Source: Guillardia theta CCMP2712 (Eukaryota; Protista; Cryptophyta). From it: a stretch of DNA of 45,775 bases. The position numbers and the translations under genes were made by a program. Positions 33,570-41,347 of this stretch are shown in pieces. The stretch covers positions 1 to 45,775 of the forward strand of contig NW_005434552.1 of the NCBI RefSeq assembly GCF_000315625.1, read 5' to 3'. Each line of letters begins with the position of its first letter. The first letter of the stretch is position 1. The notes beneath the pieces are model-generated. The model ran no database searches, was not told the origin of the DNA, and was given only the letters and a program-made list of their open reading frames with translations.

Positions 33570-35310
33570 CCCTGATCCTTGCCTCCAGCCTGTGCCTGTC
33601 GTAGGCCACGGCCGATCGGCAGAAGTCCTTGATGTCCACCACGAACCTCATGATATGCGCCGGAAGCGAGTGCTTGGAGCACACATAGATCTGCACGTTG
33701 GCGCCGATCTCCGTGTTCAGCAGCGTGTGCCACTCCAGGTTCGTCGTCTTCCCGCACCTCACGCAGCACCTCTTCTTCGAGTGGGCGACGGGCCGGGAGA
33801 CGGCGTGCCTGCAGTCCGTGCAGGTGAACTCGGTGCCCGTGAAGTTCCACCTCCGGCACTTGCCGCAGATGGGGCAGAGGTAGTAGCTCACGTTCTGGAT
33901 CATCAGTATCTTCCCAAGCATGTTCACGGATATGATCGTGGAGTCGAGGTTGCAGTTGGTGCATATCAGCCGCTTGGTCTTCATGCAGAGGCGGAGCTTC
34001 GAGTGGATCCACTCCCCGTTGCCCTTGTTGCAGCACCTGAGGCAGATGTGGACCCTCATGACGTTGTTGAACTGGGCGTAGTCGTCGCTGTACTTCTCCA
34101 GCAGCATCTGGCACTGGTAGGCGACGAGGTTCGAGGGGAGCGTGTAAACCCGGCACCGGGAGTGTATGTGCTCGATGATGTTGAACTCCTCCACGGTGAG
34201 CTCGGGGTAGATGTTCCGGTAGATGTTCCACAGCACCCCCGGGATGGTAGTGCAGCGCATCTCGCTCGCATAGTAGAACATGTCCACCTGATTGTCCGCG
34301 AGCCTCTTCCACTTGCCTCCCATGTCTCTCTGCACGGGGGCCCTCCCCATGCGGAACTTGCAGGTCCGGATGCATCGGTCGACGCTGACGGTGGCCGCGT
34401 TGTTCAGTGACTTCCAGTCCCACTCGCACGACTGCAGGTTCTCCTGCCTGAAGCCGTCGGCGATGTTCGGGAAGATATCCATGAACATCGTCATCCCGTG
34501 CACCTTGCTGATCGCCTCCCTCTCGGTCACGAGGTTCTGGTTGCACATGAACCATACGTATTCCATCATGGCCAGCTTCAGGAGGTTGAGGTTGTTGAAG
34601 AGGAAGCGGGCCTGCAGGCTCAGGCTCTGGGTCATCGCCTGCCTGAGCTCCCCGGCTACCCTCACCCTGCACCAGAAGGATGGCCTCTTGGCCGTGTTGG
34701 GGTAGAGGCCCATGAGGAGCCCGTGGAGGATGTTCAGGAGGACGGTGCAGTGGGGATGCTGGAACTCCTTCTCGTCCATGAAAGTCACCCGGTTGCGCTT
34801 CAGGCAGGGCATGCTGTTGCACACGACGTTGACGATGAGGTTTGACTTCCAGTTCCTCTCGACAAGGCTCTGCATGATGAACCTCCCTATGTCCGGCAGG
34901 TTCCGGTGGCTGTAGGCCGCAACGGGGTGCAGGATCAGGCCCTCGGTGGGTAGCCGGTGGTATAGCTCCGGGTGGTACTGGGCGAGCCAGCACAGGATCA
35001 GCCGGCTGTCGATCAGGTGCTGAGCCTTGGCATCCCCCGAGTTGATCCTCCGGTGCAGGACCTCTAGCTCCCTGTCTATCGTCGCGTTCTGCGGGCAGAA
35101 GCGCCCAGCGCCGGGCTCCGAGACGGTGTCACCCGCCCCTCTCTGGTCTGTATCACACTCTTCGAGCGGCTCGGGCAGGTCCGCCGCCGTAGCCTCCGAT
35201 ATCGGGTAGATATCCACGGGCTCCCTCTGGCATCTCACCAAGATGATGCTCTGGGCCTCCCGCGTTCGATCACCCATGTGATGCAGCGTCTCGAACCAGG
35301 AGGGGCTCAT
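33553..35310 (-). CDS. Viral protein (585 aa) with C-terminal multi-CxxC Zn ribbons
   Basis: ICLRC, ICTNC, LCPICG, CTDC, CVRCG, VCSKH; its start overlaps the stop of the upstream gene (ATGA). Confidence 0.78.
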   Translation of the reverse strand: MSPSWFETLHHMGDRTREAQSIILVRCQREPVDIYPISEATAADLPEPLEECDTDQRGAGDTVSEPGAGRFCPQNATIDRELEVLHRRINSGDAKAQHLIDSRLILCWLAQYHPELYHRLPTEGLILHPVAAYSHRNLPDIGRFIMQSLVERNWKSNLIVNVVCNSMPCLKRNRVTFMDEKEFQHPHCTVLLNILHGLLMGLYPNTAKRPSFWCRVRVAGELRQAMTQSLSLQARFLFNNLNLLKLAMMEYVWFMCNQNLVTEREAISKVHGMTMFMDIFPNIADGFRQENLQSCEWDWKSLNNAATVSVDRCIRTCKFRMGRAPVQRDMGGKWKRLADNQVDMFYYASEMRCTTIPGVLWNIYRNIYPELTVEEFNIIEHIHSRCRVYTLPSNLVAYQCQMLLEKYSDDYAQFNNVMRVHICLRCCNKGNGEWIHSKLRLCMKTKRLICTNCNLDSTIISVNMLGKILMIQNVSYYLCPICGKCRRWNFTGTEFTCTDCRHAVSRPVAHSKKRCCVRCGKTTNLEWHTLLNTEIGANVQIYVCSKHSLPAHIMRFVVDIKDFCRSAVAYDRHRLEARIRGGNRR

Positions 35311-36178
35311 TGAAAATCCTCCCAGGCGACGCGGTGCTGCTTCAGGTACTTCATCCCCATGTTATTCAGGCACACGCTGTAGCGGTTGCGCTGGTGTGCG
35401 ACGATGGGGAGGGGCATGCACTGCACGGGGCCCCCGACCGGGCAGGTGAGCATGACCTGCTTCGCGTACTCTCCGGGCTGGTCGCATATGTTCCCGTGGC
35501 TCTGTATGATGCCGTTGAACCGGCTCCCTCGGTAGGTGATGTCGTAGAACATGCTCTGTGTCAGCTTCCTGAGGCAGAGGACACACAGTTGCTGTATAGG
35601 ATAATGCGTCAGTGGCTTCCCTCCCTCCCTCTCCTCACCTGTTCCAGGGGCTGCGGGTCGTTGGGGAGGAGGAATTCGACGCATGTGAATGGCATGTTGG
35701 CATCGATGAACATACACTCGCAGTTGATGCCCATGGAGCAGGGCCTCTCGTGCTCCAATGGCTCCCTCATGTGCATCTCCTCCCATGCCTTGGTCACCAC
35801 CTTGACTGGAGGGACCTGGGGGAAGCAGCTCTCGTTGTAGGCCCCGAACAGGCTCTGCATCATCTTCACGTAGGGCTGCCTGGAGATGATGCTGTCCAGC
35901 GCCAGCGACTGCCCCTCCGAGGTCCCCGCCGAGCGGATGCAGCAGCGTATGTCGTTGTAGAGGCAGTCGTTCACTACGACCTTCTCCGAGTCGTCCGTCA
36001 CATCCGGGGTGACGCTCTCCGCCTTCTCACTGTCGGCCGACTCCGTCTCCTTGGGTGGGGGGTCGATCCGGTGCTTCTTCCTGTTCCTCTTGGGGTTGCT
36101 CCCTCCCTCGTTGGGGGTGGCAACGGTGGAGGAACCGGTGGCCCTCTTGGCCCCCACCCAATTCTCTGGTATGTTCAT
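35307..36178 (-). CDS. Two-exon viral Cys-rich protein (exons 36178-35639 and 35591-35307; ~274 aa)
   Basis: Removing the 47-nt intron joins REPLEHERPCSMGINCEC...EFLLPNDPQPLEQ to QLCVLCLRK...PGEY in frame; NLS-like PKRNRKKHR. Confidence 0.78.
35592..35638 (-). other. 47-nt spliceosomal intron inside a viral gene
   Basis: CAG|GTGAGG donor, CACTGAC branch, TATACAG| acceptor, phase 0; contains the stop codon of ORF 35609-36178. Confidence 0.8.
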
Positions 36179-36399
36179 GCCTGCCTAGATCGGAATGCCC
36201 AAGATGCCGAGCGTACAGATCAGCACCACAGATATGGACACTAAGAAGAGCGGGTAGCAGACCAGCAGAATCAACCCCCTGCGGTCGAAAACAAATGAAC
36301 CCCTGTGCAGCACAATACTCGAGAGATCCTCCAACTCTACGGGCATTCAGCTGCGGCGTGAGGCACGGGCAGGACATAGGATACACACAAATTTTTTTT

Positions 36400-37443
36400 T
36401 TATTTCATCATCGTCCTCATCGCAGTGGTGAGTATCTCGATCACCATGATCCACAGCATCACCACGATCACCGTGTCGTTGGCATGCAGGGTGTTGACGA
36501 CCTTCTGTATCATGCCGAGTATGATGTTGATGATGAGAAGCACGGAGAGCTCCGTGATCGCGCTGGAGCTGGGGAAGAAGGATGACACCGCCTTGAGGAT
36601 GAGGATCAGGAATCCCGAGACCACGATCATGGCCGTCTGATTGATATTCTGCAGCACCACCATGTTGTACACCTGAGACGCCCCCTGCCAGACGGCATAG
36701 TCCCGCATGGCCGAGAATTGCTCGTACACCATGGAGATGGCATCGAACAGCACCAACAGGCTCACGAGCTGCGTAAGCTGCGGGAAGCTGTCACTGGAAT
36801 GCACGTTCACCGTCCAGCTGGAGAGGATCATCATGTTGGTGAGGGAGAGCGTGAAGGCCTTCGAGAGCACCACGTTGATCTCACTCCATCTCCCTCCCTG
36901 GCTGTTGCTGAGGTTGTACATGACCACAAATCCCGCCATGCTGAGGAAGGGGAGCGTCCAGCCGAAGGAGACGCGCTGGATGATGAACTCCGTGTTGCTG
37001 GTAAACATGAAAAGCACGAGCCTCATGAACTGGGCGCCGTCCTCGGATTCCTTGAACGCACCGGGTAGAAGGGTAAGGAGTATCAGGACACACAGCGATA
37101 TGGACAGGCACTCGATCTGGGCCCTGGCATTGGCGGTCTCTAGATCCTGAGGCTGGAGCGATTGGATGATCGCCTGAGTGGAGATCAGGGTGGCGAACTT
37201 CTGGAATATCCTGGAGAGGTACTCTATGCTCTTCGAAGCGCTGGACTCGTAGGAACCACTCTTCAGTAGCATCCTGATGTTGTAGGCCATGAAGGCCACA
37301 AGGATGTTGAGATAAGCGATGACGCCCTTATCCAGCGACTTCCTCAGTAGCGCATAGAGGAAGCGCACGATCGTGTACATCAGCGCCCCCTCGATCCTCT
37401 GCGACATCTGGAGAACGTCACCGAACATTGTAGACTGCATCAT
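36400..37443 (-). CDS. Viral multi-pass membrane protein (347 aa)
   Basis: Roughly 9-10 hydrophobic segments; stop followed by an A-tract. Confidence 0.75.
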   Translation of the reverse strand: MMQSTMFGDVLQMSQRIEGALMYTIVRFLYALLRKSLDKGVIAYLNILVAFMAYNIRMLLKSGSYESSASKSIEYLSRIFQKFATLISTQAIIQSLQPQDLETANARAQIECLSISLCVLILLTLLPGAFKESEDGAQFMRLVLFMFTSNTEFIIQRVSFGWTLPFLSMAGFVVMYNLSNSQGGRWSEINVVLSKAFTLSLTNMMILSSWTVNVHSSDSFPQLTQLVSLLVLFDAISMVYEQFSAMRDYAVWQGASQVYNMVVLQNINQTAMIVVSGFLILILKAVSSFFPSSSAITELSVLLIINIILGMIQKVVNTLHANDTVIVVMLWIMVIEILTTAMRTMMK

Positions 37444-38260
37444 TGTATTTCAGGTAGCCCTTGCCTACGAAATCTTTAAATGTGCGAGTTCCTCTACCCG
37501 CATCCAGCCAGATATAGAGCGCCTCGTGCCTGTATTCTTCATCGCTCTGTAGCTTAAAGCAGAGCATGGTGACATCACCAGCAGGGTCTATCACCATCCC
37601 ATCATCCGAGGCAACGACCACACCGTCAGCCCTGATGCACTGGATGCGATCGACATTCAACATAAACTTCCAATCCGAAGTGAGCAGAAAATACATACCC
37701 CCGATATGAGAAAAGATCCGGTCCAAGACGGGATTCCTCTTGTAACGATCACTCCTCATGTAGAATTCGGTACAGATCTTGTTGCGTAATTCCGCATCCA
37801 TTTGGTTAATGCCGTCGTCTGGTTTAGGTAGGATGCTGAGGTTCTCAGGATGATCGACATTCATCACAAATATGATCATGTCCGAGGATGTCTCGGTGAA
37901 TGGCTTGCCCTTTGCGCCGTCGTATGCACGCTGGAATGCATCCGCGTCTGCAACGGATGAGAGCATGGTTGTGAGCATGTACAGCTTGGGTATGGCCTCC
38001 CACGGGCAGCAGTTCAAGACTATGTCGTGCTTGACGCGGTCTGTGATCGCGATGATCTCACCCGATACCCTGGCGTCCTCCGCTTCCTTGGCGGCCTGTA
38101 TTCTGGCTTTCTCTTCACTGGCGGCCTGCTCCCTGGCGGCCTGCTCCTTGGCGGCCCTGGCGGCCTGCTCCTTGGCAGCCCTGGCGGCCTCGGCCCTGGC
38201 GGACGACCTCTTGGGCGCTGCATTGGGTTCGTTATCCCCTTGCCTCTTCTTTGCAGGCAT
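37418..38260 (-). CDS. Viral hypothetical protein (280 aa) with basic N-terminus and AARAAKEQ repeats
   Basis: MPAKKRQ; 24-bp tandem repeat encoding a helical linker. Confidence 0.7.
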   Translation of the reverse strand: MPAKKRQGDNEPNAAPKRSSARAEAARAAKEQAARAAKEQAAREQAASEEKARIQAAKEAEDARVSGEIIAITDRVKHDIVLNCCPWEAIPKLYMLTTMLSSVADADAFQRAYDGAKGKPFTETSSDMIIFVMNVDHPENLSILPKPDDGINQMDAELRNKICTEFYMRSDRYKRNPVLDRIFSHIGGMYFLLTSDWKFMLNVDRIQCIRADGVVVASDDGMVIDPAGDVTMLCFKLQSDEEYRHEALYIWLDAGRGTRTFKDFVGKGYLKYNDAVYNVR

Positions 38261-38356
38261 CTCACAGTCGCACTTCGGGGTTAGTTTTATACCGCGACAA
38301 GCCGTTCCGCAACCATATATTTAAGTTCAAGAACAGGGGTGAGGGGCAGAGAGCGA

Positions 38357-39286
38357 ATGAACGGCCAAACCGGTCTTTCGCAGCAGGCCCTGGCCTCCAA
38401 CAACAACCAGAACGTCTTCAACAGCGATGTCTCACCCGAGGAGCTCTACTCCAACGCACCGATCACCATCCGCAGGAGGATCCACGTCAACATCTCCGGC
38501 ACCATGGCCAACTTCCAGAAGCAGGGGGAGCTGGCCGCCACCTGGAAGCCCCGTGAGGGTAAGCAGGCGTCCGTCTTCGGCCTCTACGATGCCTTTGACA
38601 ACTCCCTTGATCACCAGACCGCCACCAACGCGCTGAAGGGGGCGATGATCAAGAAGGCCACCGTGCTCGAGTACAAGAGCACCTTCCCCGTGCCGCTGGG
38701 CATCTCCGTCAGCTGCCTGAACCCGGATGAGGCCACCGACACCGGAGAGAGGTACGTGATGACCGCCCTCCCCATGACGACCAACACCAACCCGCTCGTC
38801 ATCCACGAGTCCGACAGCTCATCCAACGAGAGCATGGAGTGGAGGAGCAAGTACCCCGACTACAACGAGCAGAACCTCGAGACCGAGGGCGTCATCAACC
38901 TCGATAAGCGCTACTATATGTTTGTGCACCAGAACCACCCCGTGATCGAGATGCTCAGGTGCAACAAGGACATGCTCTCGGCCAACATCGACGAGCAGCC
39001 CCTGGTCGACGGCCAGTACTACAAGATCGCCAACACCGTGATGAGGGCCATGTGCAACGCGCTGAGGACCAAGGTGCTCTCCAAGGTATCCACCCGTGAC
39101 TTGAACAGCTTCCAGGTGCAGCTCCACCGCATGAATGGAAAGTCCTGGGACCGCATCGGCAAGGACGAGTTCGGGGATATCGTGGGGAAGAACGACCAGT
39201 CCTCCGTGGAGAAGATCAACGAGGCCCTCAATCAGCACTGCACCTTCACCTCCCGCGTGGAGTTGGAGTACGAGATCCAGACCTAG
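38357..39286 (+). CDS. Probable abundant virion protein (beta-rich; possibly the conserved mirusvirus jelly-roll protein)
   Basis: Extreme GC3 bias like the MCP; motifs KSTFPVPLG and HPVIEML; TATTTAA at 38318-38324; close to the MCP. Fold assignment is tentative. Confidence 0.55.
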   Translation: MNGQTGLSQQALASNNNQNVFNSDVSPEELYSNAPITIRRRIHVNISGTMANFQKQGELAATWKPREGKQASVFGLYDAFDNSLDHQTATNALKGAMIKKATVLEYKSTFPVPLGISVSCLNPDEATDTGERYVMTALPMTTNTNPLVIHESDSSSNESMEWRSKYPDYNEQNLETEGVINLDKRYYMFVHQNHPVIEMLRCNKDMLSANIDEQPLVDGQYYKIANTVMRAMCNALRTKVLSKVSTRDLNSFQVQLHRMNGKSWDRIGKDEFGDIVGKNDQSSVEKINEALNQHCTFTSRVELEYEIQT

Positions 39287-39309
39287 GTGAGTTGTTTTTT
39301 TTATTGAAT

Positions 39310-39636
39310 TCATTCTACCCGGTCTACCCTCAGGTTCAGCGTGCAGAACTTCCCGTAGGTGTAGCTCTGGCACACCAGCCCCGGTCCGCAATCCCTGTCA
39401 TCGAGGCAGGCGGAGAGGTGCTGCGGGTAGCCCCTGTCTCTGACGATCCTCCTGAATCTCACGTGCATCTGGTCGTCGAACTGTGCGGGATGGACGGGAC
39501 GCAGCTGCATGATCGCCATATAGCCGATGCTGGCATCGAGCAGCAGCAACAACAGCGCGAGCATGACGGTAATCCCTCCCATGCTCACATGCCAAGGCCG
39601 GATCACCCGGTTGTTATATATCGATGCAACACGCAT
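39310..39636 (-). CDS. Small membrane-anchored protein with C-terminal disulfide module
   Basis: TM ITVMLALLLLLLDASIGYMAI followed by CLDDRDCGPGLVC...C. Confidence 0.55.
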   Translation of the reverse strand: MRVASIYNNRVIRPWHVSMGGITVMLALLLLLLDASIGYMAIMQLRPVHPAQFDDQMHVRFRRIVRDRGYPQHLSACLDDRDCGPGLVCQSYTYGKFCTLNLRVDRVE

Positions 39637-39757
39637 TGCAAACCACGGCGCACCCTGTAATGGGAGAGCTAACTCGTACTCTGCAAGCTTGTCTTGATTT
39701 TTTGGATGTATATAAACTAGGGTAACCACGAGCACATCAAAACCCCCGCTCGTCGGT

Positions 39758-41347
39758 ATGGAGGGTAATACACAGGAGAGCCGTGGCTTCACCGATAATT
39801 TCATGCTGCCCAAGGGTGACATCGGTGTCAACCTCGCGGGCACCATGACAGCCAACAGCACCATGCCCACCATCCAGGACTATGAGAACATCTTTGGTCC
39901 CGCCGCGAGGCAGATCAAGTTCGACCCCCAGAGGCACAAGAGGCACCAGCGATGGCACCTCCCCGACGTCCTCCAGGGCTCCAACACCTTCCTCACCGAC
40001 CGCGTGGATGGTCTCATCACCGATGCCACCAACTCCCCCTTCACCAGCGTGATCCTCCCTTATGTCTACCTTGAGAACCCCGATCAGAAGCTCAAGTGGA
40101 ACATCTGGAGGTTTGACGAGGGTATGGCCACCCGCGTGCCCTACGAGTCTGCAGCCAGGGTGCTGACCCAGAGCAAGACCAGCCAGTCCGCCTACATCGT
40201 CAGGCAGGGTATGGCCCTCCGCATGGAGCACAACTTCATGATGTCCGCCGCGGGCAGGGAGAACTTCAAGCGGCAGCTGATGCAGCTCGTTGGGTCCATC
40301 CAGAAGACCAACGACCTCGATGTGCATCAGGCCCTGCTGCTGGCGCCGTCCTACGAGGCTCACCTCAGGGAGAAGTACCACACCACGGAGAAGACGACCC
40401 TCCAGCTCATCCGCCAGTACGTCGACAACTACGGGCTCATGCAGAAGCATCCGAACGCACTGGACATCATGATCGAGGATGCCAAGAACACGCTGAAGAC
40501 CTGGGGATCCCCACCGCCGTCCTTCATGATGTGCAACGGAGCCCTCACCATGCAGATGACGTTCAACCCGGAGAAGACACAGTACTACACCAACGGCATC
40601 AGCGGGCCCATGCTCCTGAAGCAGGGGCCGGAGCTGCCGAGCTACCGCGGCCTGAGCATCATCCACTCCCGCAAGTTCGAGATCAACCAGGGAGAGCAGC
40701 CCAGGGATGTCCTGAGGAGGAGGTCCAGGGTCGCCGAGCACTACAGGATCAACGGGTACGTCAGGGATCTCCACGACAAGCGCTTCCGCTTCTACGACCA
40801 GTCCAAGGACTCCAACTTCGACCTGACCTTCCCCGAGCTGATGGAGCTGTCGTGGCTGGATGGCCCGAACCCTAGTGGCTGGGACGCAAACGATGACAGC
40901 ACCCATGCAAGGACACATCAAAGAACGCAGGCGGGAGGCCATGAACAGGCCTCCTACGTCCGCCCTGGATTCGCGCTGAACTCCCACTTTGACATCTCTG
41001 AGAGCTTCCGCCCACTGGACATCGGGGTCCACCACCCAGGTGTGGTCTCGGAGAGTGCCAGGCGCTACGGAGAGACGGTGAGCTCCATGAAGCACAACAT
41101 CTACGACCTCAACGAGAACCGCCTTGAGCACAAGCCCGATGGCGCCCTCCAGATCTCCGCGGGGATGAACTGCATCTCCCCCTCCAACATCATGAGCACG
41201 GAGAGCGTCAACTCGATGATGACCAACAACCAGGGCCTCCTGCACTGGACCGCGCACCAGTTCCGATCGCTGCACTCGACGATCAAGGCCACGCCCGAGC
41301 GGATGGACATGGTGTGCAGGGAGGCTACGCTCCTCAAGCTCAAGAGG
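39758..41347 (+). CDS. Mirusvirus-type HK97-fold major capsid protein, 3'-truncated at the right junction
   Basis: SPFTSVILP..KWNIWRFDEGMATRVPYESAARVLT..RQGMALRMEHNF...GRENFKRQLMQLVGSIQKTNDLDVHQALL matches my recollection of Mirusviricota MCP N-terminal motifs. Strongest codon bias in the insert; TATATAAA at 39709. ORF residues past 41347 are antisense host ARM DNA. Confidence 0.75.

Larger units (their letters stand above)
28536..41347. mobile_element. Endogenous viral element, mirusvirus-like (Duplodnaviria) genome fragment, ~12.8 kb
   Basis: Abrupt switch to ~15 tightly packed or overlapping ORFs with short AT-rich intergenic spacers; includes an MCP-like gene; both terminal genes are truncated at sharp junctions with host ARM repeats. 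Confidence 0.85.

Noticed and set aside
28536-41347. Polinton/virophage or nucleocytovirus origin of the insert
   Set aside because: No TIRs, integrase, pPolB, A32 ATPase or double-jelly-roll MCP motifs seen; the capsid resembles the mirusvirus type. Not formally excluded without a search.
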